From: Antedon mediterranea
Taxonomy: Eukaryota > Animalia > Echinodermata
Length of the DNA stretch: 64,000 nt
Direction of reading: 5' to 3'
Assembly (NCBI RefSeq): GCF_964355755.1
Contig: NC_092679.1
Span: forward strand, 19,203,432 to 19,267,431
Made by a program: the position numbers and the translations under genes. The notes under the pieces are model-generated. The model saw nothing but the letters and a program-made list of their open reading frames with translations. It did not search any database and was not told the origin of the DNA. This document shows positions 49,901 through 61,600 of this stretch, piece by piece (within the stretch, counting starts at the first letter, position 1; each line of letters opens with the position of its first letter).

Positions 49901-52900
49901 AGGTGTCTCCTGAATCAGGGGTTGGCAGTAGTATTAAAACATATATATACTAACTGTTGCTTGTTTAACATGAAAGCGTCCTCTAATAGGGGTGTCCTTT
50001 GATTAGAGGTTGGCCTTAGTATTAATACAGATGTTGCCCCTCACAGAAAAATGTCCCTCTTAATTTCTAAATACGGGGTTGCCTAAAACATATATTGCAA
50101 CTCTGAATAGAGGTTGGCAGTAGTCGTGCTTCTCACAGCAATAATGACCTCTTAATAGTGGTCAGTGGCGTAAGGCATAGTCAAAGGTCAAAGGCTCCGA
50201 GTTTAGCACTCCTAAAGGCCCTCCAAATGCTGGATAGTTGCATTGGACTGCTCATGCCCTGGGGCCCCTGGGTTTAGCAAGTGAGCAATAATAGCCATTA
50301 CGCCACTGATAATGGTGTTAACTCAATAGGGGTTGGCCCAAATGAAGAGGTTGTTTTTTATTTTACATTATTATATTATATCAAATGTTATTGTAATACT
50401 CACCAATCCGCCTGCTTTCTTCACTCCCTTTACAACAATTGTTTCCTTTTCTTCTTTTATCTTTTTTACTTTCTCATGTGCTTCTCTGACTCTGTAAAAA
50501 CATAGAAATTCCATTTTATACCGGTATTCCATTTTTTTTATAGCACATTTTATTAAATGCAATTTAATTTGTCCCTGTCCCTGAACCTGATAACACACTG
50601 CCTTGTCTGGACTAAAAAAAATTTTTATCATACAAAAGAAAAATCACTTAATTAACTTAACTTAATTTAAATCAATTCCCCTCATACTACATTCAGCTTA
50701 CATACTTTACAACAACAAAAAATCATGCTGATTTTACGGATTCATTACATGAAGAATATTTACACAAATGTTTGCTTGTTATATTTTTTATTATACAAAA
50801 GAAAATCTCTTGTTAATTTAATTTAACTCAATCCTCTTTATACTACATTCAGCTTACATACTTTTCCAAAAAAAAAAATCATGCTGATTTTACGGATTTA
50901 TTACATGAAGAAATTGTGTATAAAAATATTTACACATTGCTTACTTTTGTTTGGCAATCCGTTGTTGTTCCTTCTTCCAAATGTCTTTAAAATCCCGACA
51001 AAATGGCACCCAGAGGTTAAAGAGATAATTCGGGGTGACATCATCTTCACCCTGTTTAGGCTTCGCACAGTAATAGTTCACCATGGATGCAAAACTATTA
51101 AATTAAGAAGAATATAAAACATAGCAATATAGAGTCTTCATGTCTTCGACGTGGGCTCCAAACAATAACACACCAATGTATAGTTAAATGAAAATAATTA
51201 AACATTGCAATTATAGTATGACAATGTCTGCACTTAGTTTTTAAACATTACAAATTTACCACTGACACAATACTATTAATATCAAACAATATCAAACACA
51301 ACAATATAAGGTGATCATCTTTACTTAATTCACAAAGCCCGCAAACCTATTAAAATTATTAACATATCAAACACAACAATATAAGGTGATCATCTTTACT
51401 TAATTCACAAAGCCCGCAAACCTATTAAAATTATTAACATATCAAACATACTTAATTTTGGGTGGCAAGTCCACATAGTGTTTACGTTTGATGGGGTAAT
51501 ATTAAGGTGCCTGGTATTTTAAGGGGGGAAATAAAAGATTTATAATGTAAAGAAAAATAAAGAGAGAAGTATAGAGGAAACGCAATTAAGAAATGAGATT
51601 TATGAGTTGCAGTATATATGAGAATATGATTTATATACTAACAGTTTTGTTTATACAAGAATACACTTTGCTATTTTAAATGGTCAAATATTTAAATAAA
51701 TAACTTTGGTGAATGATCTTATATACAGACGTACATGTATGGCTACTACATGTTAATTAATATTGTTAACCTGTTGGATTAGGCCAAAGAAAAAAAAAAT
51801 GTAGTTTCACGTCCCCTTCCTCATAACATTTTGGAGTCACAAAACTATTTTTTTATTTATTTAATTCTGTAGTAAAAATTTCAAATGAACTTCAAAATTG
51901 CATAATTGCAGTCAAAGGGGAGTGCACATTCCAAGTGCTACCCCCTGGATGTGACATCCCCTGGATGTGCTATCCCTCGATGTGATTCCCTGGATATTTG
52001 CTACCCTCTAAATGTGCTACCCCCTGGATGTGCTACCCCCTGGATGTGCTACCCCCTGGATGTGCTACCCCCTGGATGTGCTACCCCCTGGATGTCCTAC
52101 TCCTTGGATGTCCTACTCCTTGGATGTCCTACTCCCTGGATGTGCTACCCCTTGGATGTGCTACCCCCTGGATGTGCTACCCCTTGGATGTGCTACACCC
52201 TGGATGTGCTACCCCCTGGATGTGCTACCCCCTGGATGTGCTACCCCCTGGATGTGCTACCCCCTGGATGTGCTACCCCCTGGATGTGCTACCCCCTGGA
52301 TGTCCTACCCCCTGGATGTCCTACCCCTTGGATGTCCTACCCCTTGGATGTCCTACCCCCTGGATGTCCTACCCCCTGGATGTCCTACCCCTTGGATGTC
52401 CTACCCCCTGGATGTCCTACACCCTGGATGTCCTACCCCTTGGATGTCCTACCCCCTGGATGTGCTACCCCCTGGATGTGCTACCCCCTGGATGTGCTAC
52501 CCCTTGGACGTCCTACCCCCTGGATGTGCTACACCCTGGATGTGCTACCCCTTGGATGTCCTACACCCTGGATGTGACACTCCCTAGATGTGCTACCCCT
52601 GGATGTGCTACTCCTAGATGTGCTACCTGCTACTCCTAGATGTGCTACCTGCTGATGTGCTACGCTCTGAATGTGCTACGCTCTGAATGTGCTACGCTCT
52701 GAATGTGCTACTCCTTGGATGTGCTACTCCTTTGATGTGCTACCCCTAGATGTGCTACCCCCTGGATTCGCTACCCCCTCGATGTGCCACTTCTGGATGC
52801 GTCACCTCTGGATATGCTAAGCCCTGCCCACACTAACTTGTTTGCACCCATGTTTTGTAGCTTCATCGCTGTATTCTGTAGCTACTTCAACATATAAAAT

Positions 52901-55900
52901 ACAGGATTTCATGTAGCAAGCTGAGTGTATGATATAGTTTCGTCATCAACAGACCTGATATTACATGAACTTGGAGCCAGTCTCAGGAGATACAGATATT
53001 TAGACTGACTGGCTCTTGCCAGAAGTATTACAAGTCAAAAGTAACCACTGTGTTTGAAGTAGTCAAATGTAATTTACATGCTTTAAGATGAGTGGGAGTC
53101 TCAATGCTACAAACACTAGATTTATGTACATTTTGAGGATTTTAGTAACAGCTTGTTGATAATTTATACTTTTGTATGTGTTTAAGTCCCTTAAGTTTTT
53201 ACCAGGGACCAGTACCAATTCTTTTTGGTTTCTTTTTTGTTGATTTTATGATTTAAATATTCTGTTTTTTATTTAATATCTTGTAAAAACAGTATTGTTT
53301 AGTTTTGTTTTAACACTTTTCACAGAAATATTAATTGTATGACACACTATACAGTATACTCAATTTAACATAGTGATATGTTTGATACAAAATATGTGAC
53401 TAGAAACTTTGCAAGTGAGAGATGCAAGGATATCTATGGGTATAATGTTTCTCAAACAATGTGGATATCATAATCATTTCAAATGATTGACAATCACACT
53501 AAATACATTTTGTCCCCCAAATATGAGCATATTCCAAAATCTCAAATGAAGCGCTTTTTCTGAAAGAGATGATCAACGCATTTCTGGTCCTCTTGTATAA
53601 GCCCACAGCATTTACTGCTATAAGCCCATCACATTGACCCATGTATGTGTACTAACAGAATCAGTACAGCAATATAAATATTAAAAGTATGTCTTATAAT
53701 GTAATAGTGTACACAGTTTAATCAACTCAAAGATATATGAATACAGTATGAGTATCTTAAATATTTAAATATAAATACATCCGAGAATTCTTGGGTGGTG
53801 CTCGAACAAAGACCAGATCACAAGCCTGGCGTTCACACCTCTAGACCACGCCTACGCAGATGGTAGGGTTAGATTCGAGCCCAAAGAAGCAGAGGGTATT
53901 GCACCGACAGGATAATTATTTAATGTCAGAGTGAGGACAATAACTTTAATTAATAAACTTTGATCCTATGCAAGGCTACATGCAAGGTACTGTAGATATT
54001 AAATAATAATAATTAATATTGTTAATAAATATAAAAAAGTACAAAACATTAGAACAGTAGAACTGCTGTGGTCTGTACTTTTCTTGACAATCATACATCA
54101 ACTATAAGTCTGTCACAAATACAAACACTTACACATAACGGTTGAATCAAATGTGATATTATAATGATTTATAATGAACCTTATGCCCTCAATTGCAAGA
54201 TTTTTTTACTAATGAACCCTCAGCTATTTAGCCTAGTTATGAGAAGCTAAAGGATTTCATTAGTACGCCAATATGGCACCTGTTAGGTCTTAGTAAACAT
54301 GACGGAAAGCAACTAGTTTGATGTAAAACAATATATATGAATGCTTCTCTTGACAGATTCACAACACTGTGGTCTGCGGTTTGTTTGTGACGGGTGCAAA
54401 GAAAAAAGTAAAGTTCTAAGAAATTCATAAAATAAAACTACTTGTGGAACCGCAATTCACTGGTCTAAATATCAAAATAGTGATAGATAGAGAGTTGAAG
54501 TAAAAAGCACCAAACAATCGAAAAAAGTTCCTAAAATTAAACACCAGAAAGCTACTGTGGAATCCAGTTCCAAACTATCGTTTCAGGTGCAAAAGAAAAA
54601 CGACAGCCTATGTGTAATACAACCAAAGACAAAAAAATATGCGCAACATATAAGTGGGCATAATTGCAAACTGATGCGCATAGTGATAGCTGCATTGTCT
54701 CGCAATTTTACAAAGAATACGGAAGTTAACTGAGCTATCTCAACACTGCTAGGTTGGTGAGAACAATTGCAGAGAACAATTGTGACGCTCTGTTGCTTTT
54801 TAGTTTCTAGTTTTCCTGAATCTTTAAAATTTTAACAAGACATTCATGTTATGTCCAAATAGCTCATAATTTAGTTTCACAATACTTCACAGATCCAGTA
54901 ATTTAATATTTACATTTCAAAAATGTGGTATTTTATTTCGAGTATAAATAATATTTGCAAATACATACAGTTATTGTCTCTGTTTGTAAGAATGATAAAT
55001 TACTTTGTTCGCAATAAACATTGTTTTTACTTTTATGATTGAATACAGTACAATCATTATTATATACCTTTGAATTTTAAGATTTGTAGAATGTTTGTGA
55101 ATTTATTCTAAGCTCTTTCTACACTATCAAACTTTATGTGACAGAAAAATGTGATGACGTCAAATCACTACTATATTTACAGTACATCACAGTATTTTTG
55201 TCAAACTAGTTTGATAGTAGAACTGTGATGGGGACAAGGATTCCAATTGACAATCCTTGGAAATATGGAAAAAAAAACAATACAGTATATCCTCGGATAT
55301 AATGCTACTTCTGGTCTAATTCTCACCTCCTGTATGATTTCACAGGCATATCCCTGGGTATAGTCCCAGTATTGACTTTTGGTCTGGATGTACAGGTAGG
55401 CCAATAGCCAGTTTTTACAAGAAATGTTTACCAATCATTTTTTTGTGAACCATGGTTTCCCCAGGTATAGTCTAAATTTTGTGTTTTATGGGGTAGGGAT
55501 TATACAAGAGGATATATACGGTATTTTAAAATAATGTTTTGTACTTACGTTTCTTTGGCTTTAATAATCAATTCTTCTTGGTTTTGTACTTCTAGTTTAG
55601 CACTCAGCACAAAATTCTGCAAGTTGTCTTTGAAAGGTTGAAGATACTCTTCTGCAGATGTCTCCACTACTCTCTGCACACGCTCATCACATCCTGACAA
55701 ATAAAGCAAACATTACTCATTAAATAAAATAATCAAAAAATATACTGAAAACAGTCTTAACTAGAGGTGCACACAGAGCACAAACCTCCGTCTAGGCATA
55801 TAATAATAATAATAATAATAATAATAAACAATATTTATATAGCGCCTAATGGATCACTGACCCCTCTAGGTGCTTTACATAGGACCTTAACTAATGGAAC

Positions 55901-58690
55901 ATATGAAAATTGAATGACTTATTCCCATACAGCTATGAAACCATCCTTTAAAGTCTTATGAAAATCGGGCGATAATTTATTGAGTAATCCTACTAACGAT
56001 ATAGAAACAAACATACGCGATCAACCATATAACCTCTCGTTATTCTGGCGGAGGTAATAATAAGTCTTTACTTTCAATATGGTGGCAATTGCAGAGAATT
56101 TTGGATTAAAAAGATAACCTAACTTAACTATTTAAAGAAACGATTACATGGTTGTTTTTTAAATTCCACACACCCATTTAAATATTGCTCAATCGAGCAT
56201 CGTCCAAATGCATTTCGGGTAATAAATAAGTTAATGAAAATTTGTATATGTTTCCTTCATAAAGTACTATATATCATACTGTACAAGCCAACACTCTCGT
56301 TTTGGCCAGAATACTCCAATATTTTAGATTCGTCTCCCAGCCTATAACATCGTGCTTCCGGTTTTCCACATTTTCATTAAAAGCAAAATTACGATATTTA
56401 AGCCATTAAGACCATCTGTGGTCATAATTGATTTTTTTCTGTTCGGAAAGAGCATTCCCCTCACATAACCACCACGTGATACCTGGATTTTCAGGATATG
56501 GAGAAGAAACCGGCACTTTCAGACAAACTAAGGAGATTCCAGTATTGGAAGAGTTCAGGATACAGCAAAACTTTCACTTTTACATTGGAAAAGACCGACA
56601 ACAAGTTGGTAAAACAATTTATTGATAGACTGCATGAAATTGTGATATTATAGCAAATATAATATCATGCCCTTGAACTGTCAAAATGCCGTCTGATTGG
56701 TTGAATGTTTAGTGTCAATAAATGTCAATGAAGTAGCAATTTATCTCATTTTATCTCATTGCACCTGACATCATCTATGATTGATTGATTGATGTCAAAA
56801 TGATAAATGGGAAATATTACTCCACAACCAATAAATAATCCTAGTATTTTCTTATATTCAAACAAACAAATAAAATTCAGTTCTGAAATTTATCTGGACA
56901 TGATTGATTATTATTGATGATTAATGTGTTGATTAAATAAGTATTGATTAATTGATTATTATTATTATTATTGATAAATATGATAGGGGAGGGCAGATAG
57001 CATTACTTTCTTAAACAATTGAACCTTTTATACAATTATACAAAAAAAATCTGAACATGATTACAGTATTCATCATTAATGTATTGAATAAATAATTGAT
57101 TAATTGATAATTATTGTTTATTGATGAATGAATGGGATAAGAGAAGGCAAATAGCATTATTCTCTATTAATGAGGCACCTCCGGTCTCTCTTCAAGGATT
57201 TCCTCCAACCCATCCCCAAATACAGTTTATTAGTAGATGAAAGTAGTATCTCCTTACCATGGTTGTCCCTTGAATAGGTTTCTTCTGTACTAAATACTGC
57301 ATTAATATTATTGTTTATAATTTATAATTATTTTGTTACGAAAGAAATCAGGCTTCGGCGCGTCTGGAATTGCTGTGGTTGGCTATGAAGGCTGGGCGAG
57401 GTCTGAAAACTATTCCTATAATATTCTAAAATTAGCTATTCTAATATAAATATTAACCTTTGGTCATTTTGTAATACATTCTAGCCAAAATAATTGCACT
57501 TACTCAAAGATTTTGATCTGAAAAAAAGTGATGAAAATTAATTTCTTGATGTATTTAATTCATTATGTTGTCTGGATTCTAAGATATATGTGTCTCTGAA
57601 CTGGTTTGCCTGTTGCAAACAGTCTGAGCAAAAACTTAAGGAATTTTAATTGCTAACTTTCAAAATTTAGTGACTCCATACTACATCAATAATTTTAAAG
57701 TAGTGAAAGAAAATGAAATTCTTCCAATGCAAAATCCTATTCACCATTTACAAAACTGTATCAGCTACATAACACAGAAAAGTATCCCTTTAATAGGTGT
57801 CCCTTTAATAAATAGGGGTGTCTTTTCAATAAGGATCCCCTGGATAGGGTTTCCCCTGAAGAAGGACAGTCCAAAGAACTTAGTACATCTTTCGAGACGA
57901 GTAGGGTAGGTTACCCCGGTGTACTAGTATACACACAGCCACTGTCACTCATCAAGAGGCCACCTTGATTGTCAGCATACGCTGTTTAGGGTCACCCTCT
58001 ATAATTAAGGTGTAATAAAATAAATAAAATAATAGAGGGTTTCTATCCTACTAGATTTAGGATTTTCAAATCCAATTTTTTTCTGTAAATTAATTATTTC
58101 ATTTGAATTTTTTCCTTACAAAATCCTGTTCAAATGAGTACCAATCAAACAGAAATACCGTTAACATTTTAAAAATTTCAGAACACGACACGACACGACA
58201 CGATAACTTGCTAATTACTTAATTACAGAAAGGGAAGTAATACAGTCTTATTACAAGACATTGGCATTGTTTGACCATCCTAAGAAAATCAAAGAAATTA
58301 GTTACAACTCAGGATTAGAACCACAAGAACGTTAATGTAAGCTACTACATGCTATTTCACAGAATTGTGTCAATCACTAGAAGTTCTTTGAATTATACAC
58401 TACGTTTGATTATTAATTTAGAAAATTTCTGGCCAGGAGATTTTTTCTCTTTCTATGTTACTAGTTTTATTATTTCTGTTTGGATCCAAGAAGAATAGCT
58501 AAATGTTGGTTTGCAATTTCAGTTGCTTTTCTAGAGTATAGATAGACGAACAAACGGGGTCATAATCACCTTTCAAATCTCGCCGTACACTCCTAAGATC
58601 TTTGTCGACATCTTCAAACTTAACGAGTGTCGCCTTCGTCACTTTACTCGGTTCCGGTATGGGAAGATGCGTTAGTTCAGTGCCGGCATT
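46997..58690 (-). CDS. FMN: FMN/Cappuccino-class formin (FMN1/FMN2-like), last five coding exons; gene continues beyond the window
   Basis: Phase-compatible exons 58690-58570 ([40 protein letters not shown]), 55693-55549 (..[16 protein letters not shown]..), 51094-50945 (..[36 protein letters not shown]..), 50491-50404 ([29 protein letters not shown]), 47038-46997 ([13 protein letters not shown]). Matches the FH2 end and tail of FMN1/2 as recalled. Confidence 0.92.
47620..48220. repeat. Degenerate tandem repeat in the last formin intron
   Basis: Recurrent GTGTGAACAGGGCTTAAGGATAA..ATAACCCTCT units. Confidence 0.65.
48950..49016 (-). mobile_element. tRNA-derived SINE head (degenerate)
   Basis: Minus strand GGAGCTGTAGCTTGGTGGTTAA...CCAGGGTTCAATCCTG has A- and B-box-like motifs but no good cloverleaf. 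Confidence 0.45.
50163..50308. mobile_element. hAT-like MITE
   Basis: CAGTGGCGTA...TACGCCACTG TIRs with a near-identical 8-bp TSD (ATAGTGGT/ATAATGGT). A related CAGGGGCGGATC element lies at about 7579-7708. Confidence 0.65.
51289..51438. repeat. Perfect ~75-bp tandem duplication
   Basis: ATATCAAACACAACAATATAAGGTGATCATC...AAAATTATTAAC occurs twice in succession. Confidence 0.85.
51935..52800. repeat. 16-bp minisatellite (TGGATGTGCTACCCCC)n in a formin intron
   Basis: Period 16 (TGGATG at 52025, 52041, 52057...), degenerating at both ends; accounts for the three overlapping [16 protein letters not shown] ORFs. Confidence 0.93.
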
Positions 58691-61600
58691 CTGAAACAAA
58701 GAGACACAAGTATAATAAAATAATGACGCTCAGACCGATAAACGATTTCTCCAAAGCAATGTAATTAAAACGACCCCAACGTAGATAGTTTTTAAACTTG
58801 TTGTGAGGCCAGTTCATGGAAATAGTATATATTTTACGGTTGCCATTAGTCTCTCTGGAAGCGAACCACTCATAAAAGATAATTGGTGGATACAGTAATC
58901 TTGTTTTTATTAAGAGATTTCTTATAAATTGTAGTTACTAGATTTCTTGTTAAATAACTTGAAGAAATTAATTACTTGTATACTGTACACAACTTAATTA
59001 ATTTCTAAACAGAATTTGTTTTTAAAGAGAATACGGTAGATGGCTACATACAGTTTATTTTCTGAAGTAAAAGTTCATTGAAAGTTAATGAAACTAACTT
59101 CAAAAGAACAATACACAAGAATCTCTATTAAAGATACACATTCAGGACACAATTGTCCCTTTAAATTGTCCTTCTGAAAAATGTTATTTTAAATATTTTT
59201 GTTGTTAAATATGTAATTTATTATATATGTCACATAATAGAATATTCAATTTGACCAAAAATTGGATTGAAAAAAAATTATTTATCTAAAAAAACTGTAA
59301 TTTAATAAGTGAAATCATTTTTCAATGGAAGTGAATACATTCATTAGAACTGCAAAATGGGCTATTAAAAGTCTGATTTATAAATCTTTATTTTTCATGA
59401 TTTTGGGGACAATGCATCTTTAATTGGGTGTCCCCTGAATAGAATTTGGTTAGCTGTTAAGAAATATTATCATTAAAGCTAAAAATAAACAGTTAAGTAT
59501 AAAAAAATATTTTATTTTAGATGTAAAATATAAAATAGTACAGTTTTATTTTGTTTAATTTTCACATATCTTTTTGAGACAAACTTGGCAATTTTAATCA
59601 AAAATATTTAAATAAAAAATCAACTTGATTAAAACGAAGAATCTATAAGCTGAACCTCAAATAATTTAATCCATTGAAAATAAATCCATCTAAACAAATC
59701 CCCGTAATAAAAACTAAATCTTTTTTAATCTAGATGGTGTCCATAAGGTGAAATTCCTTTCTACAAATCTGCAAACGCCTTAAGGTAAATTTTGAATAAG
59801 AAGTTTGCGACATGTCTTCCAAATTAAACAAGTTACTGAATTGTCCCGATTATAAAAAGTTGATTTCTAACAGACTTCTTGGCTTCTGATGGCTATCTCA
59901 ACTTAAAATTTTCTTAAAAACTTAACACGATCATTTTAAATTCTTTATTTCTTTATTTGTATTTAACACTTACAGGTATTTTAATCATTTAAAGTATGAG
60001 TCAAGGTACTGTACTTTTTTCTAAATGCTGTTATAACTTTTGTCACTTTTTATCACCGTTGTTTCGATGATTACAGTTTAAATTGAAAGAATTTGATACA
60101 AATGAAATTGTAAAATGTAGTTGAAAATTTACAGTGTATTTAGTTACACAACTATTGGCATGAAAATAATCTATCAAGTGTTTAAACTCAAAGACTTTCA
60201 CTGTGCGCAGTTTGCTATCTATTGCGACGTCAAAAAGGAAAAGTATTCAAGTATCTATTTTAAAATTAGTATTAAGAGTGATAGTACTTGTATTGAGGTA
60301 ATTCAATTGTTGAAAATAGCATATTCTTAGTGGGTACAGATGTTTAAAATAGACAAATCATTGTTTTAAATACATTAAACAATTCTTGGAAACTTATTCT
60401 AAATTTGAAAATCTTTTGTTTTTATCTGTATAAAAAGGAAACTCTTTTTCTGGATAGAATAGACAGTATATGAACAGAAAGACTTTATAGAACAAATCAA
60501 CACCTCCTTTGGGAGCTCCATATTCAGGGGACACCCCTATTAAGGAGACACTTCCTTGTTAAAATAAAGAGGAAATATATGTTTTATTTAACACCAAGGC
60601 CAACCACTATTCAATGGACACCACTAACAAGAGGACACTTTTTTGTATAAATGTCTAAATTGTACAATTTTCCTGTGTTAATGTCTGTAAGAATGGTATT
60701 TTTTTTGTAGAATTTCGTCTGTTTATAACAACTGTTTTTGTCAAAATCCTGAATTAAATATCGTTTATTGTATATAGTATAAGTATATTGTCCATAAATT
60801 AGTTAACAATGCTACCAATTATAGATTAGATTAACTTTTCGGCTTTTCTTTTTGTTATTTTTATGTATGTGTTTTTATATTTTTATCTATATTTTCATCG
60901 TGTAATTTGTGTATACACTGTTGAATGTGAAAGAATAAAATACAAAAATACAACAAATATTTGTACAGTTAAATCATATTTTTATGATTGTGCCAAAACT
61001 ACAGTATCTGACATTGTTCCACAATCCACAGACCAAGAAACATACAGCCTGTATTAAAGCATTTTGGTTTTATGTGTTCCTTTAACATCCAACAATAATT
61101 AGCTAGGTGTCAAACTTTAATTATATCTGTTTGGTCAATTATCACTGACCAGTCCTGAAGATCAAGAAGGCAAAATGAGCCGCCAGTCAAGGCTCAGATG
61201 TGGACCAAAGAGTCCCTGAGTTGGCTCTCAGACAAATTGAATTATAAGATGGCGTATGCTCTATATTATTATCTGATTGGTTTCCATATGTGATGTTTTC
61301 CATTTGGTATTTTGGGACGAAATCAAATTTAAATTTGGAGCATCTCTTTCTCCTAATGTTGCCAGATTTAATTACACTTCTATACTTATATTCTATTAAA
61401 ATATTTCTGTATTTAGAGTAATGTTAACAGGTTTAATTTCTATATTATAATCACACATATTACCGTAGAGTATTTGGATTATTTTTACCTTATTCTTTCA
61501 ACTATATTAATATATGTATTTTTTGTCTCATTCTGCCCTGCACATGCTTGATCCTCCAAGCTGACGTGGGATGTATGTAACAATGTATTTAACAAAAAAT

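Noticed and set aside
51906-52639. Three 190-220-aa Cys/Pro-rich ORFs
   Set aside because: They are produced by a stop-free 16-bp minisatellite, antisense within a formin intron.
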